Shown: one piece after another, positions 1 to 7,894 of the stretch
Layout: every line of letters begins with the position of its first letter
Position numbering within the stretch: position 1 is the first letter of the stretch
IMG/VR virus record: IMGVR_UViG_3300042988_000513
Coordinates: 1 to 56,126 of that record
From: a virus
Taxonomy: Duplodnaviria; Caudoviricetes
Strand: one strand, 5' to 3'
DNA: 56,126 bases
Program-made: the position numbers and the translations under genes
The notes under the pieces: generated by a model
Databases searched by the model: none
The model's input: only the letters and a program-made list of their open reading frames with translations
Told to the model about the DNA's origin: nothing

Positions 1-126
1 ACCAGCAATCTCCTCGACGTTGAGCGAGATGCCAAGCTTCTTGCCGGCGAACAGCAGAATCGGCGTCAGAACAACAAGCAAGAACGACTTGTCAGCATAG
101 AAAGGCGTGTTGGCCTTGGTCTCCAT
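1..126 (-). CDS. Holin-like membrane protein (partial, runs off the window)
   Basis: Manual translation METKANTPFYADKSFLLVVLTPILLFAGKKLGISLNVEEIAG; hydrophobic segment; ATG overlaps HNH stop (TAATG); not in ORF track. Confidence 0.6.
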   Translation of the reverse strand, partial: METKANTPFYADKSFLLVVLTPILLFAGKKLGISLNVEEIAG

Positions 127-620
127 TATTGCACTTCCTTCCAGTTCCTTCCGATGTCAATGTAATAAATCGCCTGATAGGTGACACCGAACGACCTTCC
201 AAGCGAAACAAGCGTTTCTCCGCTGGCCCTTCTCCTTCTGATCTCGCGAACCTGCTCGGCCGTCAGCTTTGCCGCATTGTTTCCCTCTCCACACTGAATT
301 AACCCGCGATGCTTCCTCGCCATGTCCCTCATGTTGTCAGCGTTCGTTCCAAGAAACAGATGGTCCGGCCTGACGCACAGCGGATTATCGCAATGGTGGC
401 ATACGAACATTCCGGCTGGAATTCCTCCGAATTTCATCTCCCACGAAACCCTATGGGCTTTCGTCGTTTTCCAGCGACCGCACCTTTTTACCCGCGTTGA
501 TCCGTACCCCTTGCTCTGCGCCCCAATCCACTCCCAGCACCCATCCCCTTCGCACACTCTCACCTTGCGCCAAAACAGCGGTTCATTGACTATCTGATCT
601 GATGGAAGTGGACGGCTCAC
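126..620 (-). CDS. HNH homing endonuclease with C-terminal DNA-binding helix domain
   Basis: CWEW..G..GYG, AHR, VCHHCDNPLCVRPDHLFLGTNADN, GE.N..AKLT motifs. Confidence 0.92.
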   Translation of the reverse strand: MSRPLPSDQIVNEPLFWRKVRVCEGDGCWEWIGAQSKGYGSTRVKRCGRWKTTKAHRVSWEMKFGGIPAGMFVCHHCDNPLCVRPDHLFLGTNADNMRDMARKHRGLIQCGEGNNAAKLTAEQVREIRRRRASGETLVSLGRSFGVTYQAIYYIDIGRNWKEVQ

Positions 621-1093
621 TTTTTGAACGCCTCCAGAATGTGCAGCACTCCGCTCACATAGTTGCGAGTGGTAATCGCATCCAGCTTTACAATCTTCTC
701 CTCTTCGCTTGTCTGCGAATTCAAGCCTAGCAACAATCTAGAAGCTTTTCGTGGCCCGCAGTTATAGGCAGCAATCATGGCCGGCAGATATCCGCCAAGC
801 ATTCGATTACTGGACGCAAATATCTCAGCGCCCTTGTCTATATTGATCGACGGTTCCCACCATGCGTGCGTCTTCAGCCAGTCGCCATGCCAGCGGTCGT
901 CAATGCACATCAGACCGTAGGCGTGGCCGCCGTCCCCTCTTCCGCTAGGCCCCGGCTTGTCTAGCAGCGGAGACGTTCCGCAAGCGGTTTCCCGCTCACA
1001 CAGGGAGGCCAAAACGTATGGGTCAAGCTTCCACTTTGTCCCAGACGCCTCAAAGCATGGCAGGTATTTAATAGCTCGCGATGGCAGCGGCAT
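617..1093 (-). CDS. Endolysin, lytic transglycosylase/goose-lysozyme-like
   Basis: Catalytic RET motif, GLMCID, IAAYNCG. Confidence 0.85.
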   Translation of the reverse strand: MPLPSRAIKYLPCFEASGTKWKLDPYVLASLCERETACGTSPLLDKPGPSGRGDGGHAYGLMCIDDRWHGDWLKTHAWWEPSINIDKGAEIFASSNRMLGGYLPAMIAAYNCGPRKASRLLLGLNSQTSEEEKIVKLDAITTRNYVSGVLHILEAFKK

Positions 1094-1095
1094 GG

Positions 1096-1326
1096 CTACT
1101 GCTCGACGGAGCCGCTACGATCCAGGGCCCTGGCAAACTCGGCCTCAGTCATGCACACTTCCTCGGTCATGCACGCCAGGCCCCTGGCGCTAGGCTTGCA
1201 CTGCGCATCCTCGACGCACATGACGCCCAACTCTTCGTTATGGCGGAACTCGATACGACGCGAGGAGGAAACCGAGGCGCAACTGGACAGCAAAACGAAC
1301 GCTACAGCGACAAACCGCATGACCAC
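1096..1326 (-). CDS. Small lipoprotein, possible o-spanin
   Basis: Signal peptide with lipobox-like LSSC, Cys-rich, inside lysis cassette. Confidence 0.55.
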   Translation of the reverse strand: MVMRFVAVAFVLLSSCASVSSSRRIEFRHNEELGVMCVEDAQCKPSARGLACMTEEVCMTEAEFARALDRSGSVEQ

Positions 1327-1335
1327 TCCAAGGCT

Positions 1336-1569
1336 CTAACGGCGCTTGACCAACTCTTTGATTTCCTGCAACTGATCTCTAATGTACCTGTGATCTGAGC
1401 GGTTTTCTGCGGCTCTCTCCTCCAGTTCCCTGACGCGCTCCTCCTGCTTATCGACAACGCTAGCAGTCGAGCGCCCCTGGGCAACCGAGACAGCGCCGGT
1501 ACACAGCGCGCCTACGATTGCCAGCATTACCGGCCAGCACTTTAGAAGGCTTTCAATCTCGCGGCTCAC
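1336..1569 (-). CDS. Small membrane protein with coiled coil (holin/antiholin-like)
   Basis: One N-terminal TM helix then a charged coiled coil; first gene of lysis cassette. Confidence 0.55.
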   Translation of the reverse strand: MSREIESLLKCWPVMLAIVGALCTGAVSVAQGRSTASVVDKQEERVRELEERAAENRSDHRYIRDQLQEIKELVKRR

Positions 1570-1579
1570 TGGCTCACCT

Positions 1580-2848
1580 CTACGTGATGTCTGCCAAGAC
1601 GAAGGAAAAGGTCATCGCGTCCAAGTCGATTGGCGCCGCAGTGTTGTTCACAAGGATCAGATTGATCGCATCTGCAGAACATATGACCGAGAAAGACAGC
1701 CCGGCAGTAAGCGTTCCACCCGTCGCAACCAGTGCCGCGAAGTCTCCAGCCGCAACACCAGTAAGCGAGAAGGCTGTAGACGCCTGCTCTCCGGCAGCGA
1801 TAGATCCGATGTCCGTGGAAGCCGACGTCCAGGTCATGATGCCCTTGATGGTCGCCAGCGTGGCGCCAGAGATGGCGGCTCCGACCCGAGCCCCACTCGT
1901 AAGCGCAACCTCCCCGGTAACGGCGTTGGCCGTGGAGTTGGCTGACGGGGCAGCAGCGCCAGCGCCGTCGGCGGACGTGTCCGAGTACGTGGTTGCCGTA
2001 TTGTTGGCAATCGTTGCAATCAGCTTCCAGTCGCCAGCGTCGCCCGCATCGGTACGGTAGACCTTTCGAGCCGTGCAGCGAGCCGATCCAAGCGGAATTC
2101 CGGTAAGTCCAACCGTGCCGTTTTCTTCAGACGTTGTAACGACGTTGCTCTTTGCGCACGGTAGGCTCTCGCCTTCCGGCGAAACGAGCGTCACCTTGTA
2201 GCTGTGCGTTCCGGCCGTGATAGAACCGCCAGCGGAAGGCGCCCCGGCAACCGGCGTAACTGGCTGCGCCTCCGCCGGGTACAGACGAAACGCAGAGGTA
2301 GCAGCGATTCCGCCACTCAGCGAGGCCAGGCCGGCAACGGCAAGAGTGCTGGACAGGTCGACTTCCCCTGTAACGCCGAGGGTTCCGGCGATTGCCGTGT
2401 TCCCGGATCCGTCTCCGGAGACCGTAAATTTGTTTGTGTCAACGGTAATTCCGCCATTCAGCGCAGCGGTTCCGCCGACCGTAAGGCTCCCGGTCGTGCC
2501 AACGTTTCCGCTCGTGTCTGCAACGGTGAACGCCGTGCCGTCTACCGCGATGCCGCCATTAAGCGAAGCAGCGCCAGCAACCTGCAGCGTACCGGCAACA
2601 ACCGTATCGCCAGACCCGTCTCCGGCAACCGTGAACTTGTTGGTATCAACGGCGATACCCGCATCGGCGTTAACGACCCCGGTAAACGTCTTGGCGCCGG
2701 CAATCGTCTGCGCGCCGGTCGTCACCAAACCAGCCGCAGACCCGCTGGCAGACGGAAGCTTAGACGCGATATGGTCAACCGACTGTAGAGCGATCTTGCT
2801 AGTGTCGCTCGGGTTCTGCATGACTGGACCACTAAGCCTACCCGACAT
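1580..2848 (-). CDS. Tail fibre-like protein
   Basis: Gly/Ala/Thr-rich; three ~34-aa GI(A/T)VD..F(T)V repeats; QTIAGAKTF motif; FN3-like segment YKVTLVS...RKVYRT. Confidence 0.75.
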   Translation of the reverse strand: MSGRLSGPVMQNPSDTSKIALQSVDHIASKLPSASGSAAGLVTTGAQTIAGAKTFTGVVNADAGIAVDTNKFTVAGDGSGDTVVAGTLQVAGAASLNGGIAVDGTAFTVADTSGNVGTTGSLTVGGTAALNGGITVDTNKFTVSGDGSGNTAIAGTLGVTGEVDLSSTLAVAGLASLSGGIAATSAFRLYPAEAQPVTPVAGAPSAGGSITAGTHSYKVTLVSPEGESLPCAKSNVVTTSEENGTVGLTGIPLGSARCTARKVYRTDAGDAGDWKLIATIANNTATTYSDTSADGAGAAAPSANSTANAVTGEVALTSGARVGAAISGATLATIKGIMTWTSASTDIGSIAAGEQASTAFSLTGVAAGDFAALVATGGTLTAGLSFSVICSADAINLILVNNTAAPIDLDAMTFSFVLADIT

Positions 2849-2863
2849 GGTACTGCCCCTTTC

Positions 2864-5746
2864 TTACTTGCTAGTTTCGCTAGACGACCCGAAGCCGTCC
2901 TTCTGGTAGTGAAAGTCGATTGCGATTGCAGGAACGCGCTCGGCAATGTGCGCCTCAAGAACAGGCCTATAGAAGCGACACAGTAGGACGTTTGAAATCC
3001 CGATATCCGTTCCAGCTCGCGAACCGGCAATTGTCCCAAGGTCCGTAACGATATGCTTCCAGCGGCTATCGCTCCCCAGAACCTCGTTGGCCTCGATGTG
3101 GATCGTGTAGCCGTATACGACAACGCCAGTGTCTGCGGCCTCTGCGATATCCGCGTGGGTCACGGCATAGGAGATCGTGTACACGCCACCAGTGTCCACG
3201 ACGGCCGTGATTCGGTGGTTACCATCGTATGTGCCCTCGTCGGCGTCGCTAACCACGATATTCTGCCCGACCTTCAATCCGTGCGTCGCGCCGAACGTAA
3301 TTGTCGCGACGTTGCCGGATAGTGATGTTTTCGTAGACGCCGGCGCGGTAACTCGGAAGTTTCCGGCCGTGTTTGCCCACGCATACTCGAGTCCCCAGCG
3401 CACCGTCCCGGTCGTGGTCGTCGGCATCGTCCAATGCACGTGAGCCTTGATGTCCGAGCCAACCTTGTAAGAGTGCGGCATCTGCGCGTTGAAGACCAAG
3501 TCATCTTCGCGCGAGTCCAGGAACCCCCACCCAAAGACGCCGGCAGTCGAACCAGTTCCGGTAGCGTCCATGATCCGCTGCATGACAGGAGTTGTGCCAG
3601 CGCTTGCGGAAAGCCCCGTGAGCTGGAAGCTCAGGTCGTCCCAGCCGCCTGCCGTCTGAGTAAACAGCGGGCTGGTGACGCTAGTGGAGAACGTCTTGGC
3701 CCCGGCGAGAGTCTGTGTGCCCGTGCTGACCTTGCCCGCCGCCGATGCTCCAGCGTCGGGGCAGATGACGGACCACGTGCCGGCCCCGGAGGCGTTAGTG
3801 CAGACCCAGCCGATCTCGGCGCCAGAGGAGGGAGCGGAGTTGTAGACGATACTGCCAACGGTCCACGTTCCAGACGTCGGAGCCGCAGACGCCCACGTCA
3901 CGAGCTGGCCAGTGGTAGAGCCGTCGCCGCCAAAGCGCACCTTCTCGTTAAGCTGGGCCGGAATGGCCTGGATCTTTGCCGTCCTAGTGGACCCGGATGG
4001 CGTTGACACGTAGGGAATACTGAGCGGGTCAATTCCCTTTGGCGGGTTCTTGATCAGCATCAGGTCCGTAACCTTGATCCAGTCTCCAATCTGAGGCTGA
4101 GTAATAGATAGGAACAGGTACAGTCCTGACGTGAAGCTAGTAGTAACGCTGAAATATGCGCTAAATCGTCTCCACGAAGTATCGGCATACGGATACTGTG
4201 CGTTGTCTGGGTATCTTGTTCCGTTTCCCACTGACGCGGTAAGATCCACAGAGAAGCCTGGCTGGGCAAGAGTGCCGCGATACATCGCGGTAGACGCCTT
4301 AACCCATCCGGTAATCAAGAACACATCTCCAGCAACAGGCATGTCGGCCACGTAGAGCAACTTTCCGGCCGACGCCATGCTTGTGCTTAGAGCCGCAAGC
4401 TTCATGGACGTTCCGGTAGACACACCGTCTGCAGGCTCGTGAGTGATGTCGCTCTTGGCCGCGTCTACCTCGTAATACTCCAAGATGTCTGCCGCAGCAC
4501 TGAATGACGATCCTGGAAGCTGATTTGTCACCAGGCAGTCTGGCGCGTGTCTTCCAACAACACCACTTCCCAGTGGGGCGCGAGTGTTAATTCCGTTGTC
4601 TATAACATCAGAACAGGCAGACCCGCCCCACACGTCGCTAGCATCAACGCTAAACGAGGAGGGAGAATCTACCTTCAACATCGTTCTGGCGTTACCGCCG
4701 CTAGTTGGCTCGTAGTATCCGGAGAACGTGTTCTGAAGACCCGCCTCGTGCCAGATCCCGCCAAGCGCGTTGTTGCTAATGTCTCCTAGCCACTTGTTGG
4801 TAACTCCTCCAACTACATGAATACCCCAAGCCCGATTTCCGGCAGTCTGACAGTGCCTAAACGTGTTATAGTTTCCGTCAATCTTGATTCCGTCCCCTAC
4901 GGCATAGTACGCCTTGCACGATTCAAACTTGTTGATGTAGGCGTCTTCGATGTAGATGCCCTGGGATCCCTTGTACGTGTAGACGTTGTCGAACTCGTAC
5001 CTAGAACCGTTGTAAACGTGCAGGCACGGGCCAAGCCCAACGTCTCCCTCTTCAACTACATCGTCGTTTCCTAATATGTAAACGTTTCGCATAGCGAAAC
5101 CGCTGTCGCCACGGCTAGTTCCGTCGATCTTGACGCCAGCAGTACCGTCTCTGGCGGTGCAGTTTAGGCACGCAGGCTGTATGTTTAGACCGACGCCATA
5201 CGCTCCCTCAACAACAATAGGAGTCGTCGGAAACGTCAGCGTAGTTTTGCAGATGTACGCATTTCCGGGTAGCAACCTGAGCCGGCCCCCACCTCCTGCG
5301 TGCAGAGCGGCAAGAGCTTGGTCGATGTGTGGCTTGTCGTCGTTCCACCCGTCAACGTGCGCACCGAACTGGTTGGGCGTAACCGTCTTCTTTTCGGCGT
5401 AACCGGAAGGGCTGTCATACGCACCAAGCGTAAGACCAGAGTCCCATCCGCTGAATATCTGCGCGTCCTCTGGGGCGTCGAGCTGGCCGGCAATCGCCAG
5501 CGTTCCTCCGGACGCGTACAAGAACATCGCGCCGCGCTCCATGCGCAGAGCAACCGTCATCGGGAACGCTACTGCGCTGGCGATCTTGTAGGTCCCCGGA
5601 GGCATGAACACGGTAGCGCCGGCCGCAGCAGAGATTGCTGCGTTGATCGCAGCAGCATCGTCAGCGGAGCCAAGTCCCGTAGCGCCATAAGACTTGACAT
5701 TGAAGACGCCTGGAGGTGAGACCGTCGAGCCGAGTTTGATTGACAT
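2864..5746 (-). CDS. Tail spike/depolymerase with beta-helix and carbohydrate-binding-like domain
   Basis: FNVKSYGATG..DD.AAINAAI..VFMPPGTY pectate-lyase-like start; Asn-ladder beta-helix; CBM-like middle. Confidence 0.8.
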   Translation of the reverse strand: MSIKLGSTVSPPGVFNVKSYGATGLGSADDAAAINAAISAAAGATVFMPPGTYKIASAVAFPMTVALRMERGAMFLYASGGTLAIAGQLDAPEDAQIFSGWDSGLTLGAYDSPSGYAEKKTVTPNQFGAHVDGWNDDKPHIDQALAALHAGGGGRLRLLPGNAYICKTTLTFPTTPIVVEGAYGVGLNIQPACLNCTARDGTAGVKIDGTSRGDSGFAMRNVYILGNDDVVEEGDVGLGPCLHVYNGSRYEFDNVYTYKGSQGIYIEDAYINKFESCKAYYAVGDGIKIDGNYNTFRHCQTAGNRAWGIHVVGGVTNKWLGDISNNALGGIWHEAGLQNTFSGYYEPTSGGNARTMLKVDSPSSFSVDASDVWGGSACSDVIDNGINTRAPLGSGVVGRHAPDCLVTNQLPGSSFSAAADILEYYEVDAAKSDITHEPADGVSTGTSMKLAALSTSMASAGKLLYVADMPVAGDVFLITGWVKASTAMYRGTLAQPGFSVDLTASVGNGTRYPDNAQYPYADTSWRRFSAYFSVTTSFTSGLYLFLSITQPQIGDWIKVTDLMLIKNPPKGIDPLSIPYVSTPSGSTRTAKIQAIPAQLNEKVRFGGDGSTTGQLVTWASAAPTSGTWTVGSIVYNSAPSSGAEIGWVCTNASGAGTWSVICPDAGASAAGKVSTGTQTLAGAKTFSTSVTSPLFTQTAGGWDDLSFQLTGLSASAGTTPVMQRIMDATGTGSTAGVFGWGFLDSREDDLVFNAQMPHSYKVGSDIKAHVHWTMPTTTTGTVRWGLEYAWANTAGNFRVTAPASTKTSLSGNVATITFGATHGLKVGQNIVVSDADEGTYDGNHRITAVVDTGGVYTISYAVTHADIAEAADTGVVVYGYTIHIEANEVLGSDSRWKHIVTDLGTIAGSRAGTDIGISNVLLCRFYRPVLEAHIAERVPAIAIDFHYQKDGFGSSSETSK

Positions 5747-5755
5747 GGCTTATCC

Positions 5756-7885
5756 TTACAGGCTGATGGGCCCGAATTCTTTCCAGGTTCCTGAACCGGT
5801 TGCGTCTACGCAGACCCAGCCGACGCTTCCGCCTGCCGAGGGGGAGGAGTTGTAGACGATATCGCCGACAACCCAGGTTCCTGTCGTCGGGGCTGCGGCC
5901 GCTACATTTGGAGTGCTGGCCGGACGCCAGTTGTAACTTCCGTCAGCGTCCTTTAGACAGACATAAAGCCGATCTGGGACGCCTGTGCCTCCGGCGACAG
6001 CCGCCAGTGTGTCTCTATACGTTGCTCCTGCGGCCGGAAGTGCTCCGACATGAAGAACAGACACGCCGCCATCAAACGAGCCACGTCCTGAAGCGTAGAT
6101 TCTTGCAGCCTCTGACGATCGCCATCCGGCATAGAAGGCGTGAATCTTCGCAGTTGCGTTCGTTAGTGTTTCAGCGTTAGACGACCTGCACGCGACGGCC
6201 GATGCCCCATCGGTGGCTGTTCCAACCAGGCCAGTTGCCACGCTTGCGGACTGCCCGATTACTTCGTTTGCGTAGACTGTGCCATTTGACGTGAGCGCGT
6301 CGCCGAGGAGTAGTCCTCCGGCGAAGTATCCCTTCCCATCCTTGTTGATGTACGCCTTTTCAGTTGAGAGGTTGTCGTTGTACCACGAGACAATCTTGTC
6401 GCCAGTCGTGCTTAGCGACGTGGCATTGCCAACCTTGTTGGCGATTGCCGTCCCGCTGCTAGTCGCCGTTCCTACGATTCCGCCGGAGGCCTTGATCGGC
6501 CACTTGAACGATGCACTTGACGCTCCACCTGCGGCGTTATCATGCAGATAGACGACATCCGGAAGAAGCGTTGAGTCAATCGTACCGGCGGCGAGGAAGA
6601 GACCGTCAAACAGCACGGCCGGAATAGATGTAACGCCAGCGTCGGAGCTACCAAGGAACTCGTCGCCACCCGTCGCGTTTACATAGCACGAGCCCTTGAA
6701 GTTGATCGTGTGCGCAGATGTGCAGCAGTCAACATATGGGTAGTCTCCGGCCGCTGTATTACAGTTCTCCCAGTAGCAGCTATCGAACGTCACAGCATAC
6801 GCGTTCTGGATTCGAACTGCCTGGCGCGCAATGCTCTCGAACACGCAGAATCTGAACAGGAAGCCTTCTAGCGAGATGCTTTCTCCGTATAGCGAGCACG
6901 CCGGAAGCGCGGCCGTGATTCCAGACCAGCGGCACCGGTCGAAGCAGATCGTGTTGCTCGCCTCCGTTGACGATAAAGCAATAGGTGCGTTGTTAAACTG
7001 GACGGCCTCAAACTTACAGCCAGTCATCTCGACAGCTTTCCCGCTGCAGTCGAACACTTTGATGTTGTTGAACTCGACGTCGTCGAAGAGCGCCCCAAAC
7101 TCCATTTTCGTGATCGGAGCAGTAGGGGCCGGAACCGTGATTGCGAACTCGGCTGGCGTAGTGGCAGCCTGACCCTGAATCATCAGCCGCCGAAAGCGCA
7201 GTCCGTGTCGCCCAATCTGGCCGTCTCCGCCAGGTACCGCGAACGCCTTTACCGATGCATCCGCTTTAATGACCGACCCGCCGGACCCAACGCCTTCGAA
7301 CGTTGTATAGTGGTTTGTCAAGCTGAGCGACGATGCTACGCGGTAGGTGCCGACAGGGAAAAATACAGTTCCAGCGCCTGCTGCAGAGATTGCGGCCTGA
7401 ATTGCGCCAGCGTCATCTGCCAATCCATCCGCAGAGGCGCCCCACCATTGCGGAAAAACGCAATCAACGTGTCCACCGCCAATCGACACTCCAGACGTAA
7501 ACCCGGAGAACACTTGAATTAAAGGCGCTGTGAGTGGTCCGTTGATCGCGACAGTGCCGGAGCCGCTCTTGGTCAATACCGCCCCGACCTCGATAACAAG
7601 ATGGACGTTCGCCGGAACAGTGACCGCTGCGTCAATGGTCCACGTGCCCGGAATCAGGTGAAGCGTGGCCTTGGCGGAGGCAATAGCCGTTAGCTGCGTG
7701 TTGATTGCGGCGGCGGTAAACGCGGTAGGGAAGCAGTGGCTGAACACCAGGCCTGGCGCCGCCTTGCCGGACTCGTAGCCAGTAGCCAGGCTGGTAACGG
7801 CAGACGCAATCCCGCTACCAGACCAAACGCCCTCTTCGGACGGATTCGTTGGGTTCTTCAGAAATGGGCCGCCGAACCTTGCCAT
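5756..7885 (-). CDS. Second tail spike with beta-helix
   Basis: PQWWGA..DG.ADD.GAIQAAI..VFFPVGTY; CYWEN-type beta-helix; C-terminal APTTGTW..GDIVYN..GWVC module. Confidence 0.8.
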   Translation of the reverse strand: MARFGGPFLKNPTNPSEEGVWSGSGIASAVTSLATGYESGKAAPGLVFSHCFPTAFTAAAINTQLTAIASAKATLHLIPGTWTIDAAVTVPANVHLVIEVGAVLTKSGSGTVAINGPLTAPLIQVFSGFTSGVSIGGGHVDCVFPQWWGASADGLADDAGAIQAAISAAGAGTVFFPVGTYRVASSLSLTNHYTTFEGVGSGGSVIKADASVKAFAVPGGDGQIGRHGLRFRRLMIQGQAATTPAEFAITVPAPTAPITKMEFGALFDDVEFNNIKVFDCSGKAVEMTGCKFEAVQFNNAPIALSSTEASNTICFDRCRWSGITAALPACSLYGESISLEGFLFRFCVFESIARQAVRIQNAYAVTFDSCYWENCNTAAGDYPYVDCCTSAHTINFKGSCYVNATGGDEFLGSSDAGVTSIPAVLFDGLFLAAGTIDSTLLPDVVYLHDNAAGGASSASFKWPIKASGGIVGTATSSGTAIANKVGNATSLSTTGDKIVSWYNDNLSTEKAYINKDGKGYFAGGLLLGDALTSNGTVYANEVIGQSASVATGLVGTATDGASAVACRSSNAETLTNATAKIHAFYAGWRSSEAARIYASGRGSFDGGVSVLHVGALPAAGATYRDTLAAVAGGTGVPDRLYVCLKDADGSYNWRPASTPNVAAAAPTTGTWVVGDIVYNSSPSAGGSVGWVCVDATGSGTWKEFGPISL

Positions 7886-7894
7886 TGTCTACCT

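Noticed and set aside
126-1093. Group I intron splitting the endolysin
   Set aside because: Endolysin appears complete and the HNH gene abuts both neighbours
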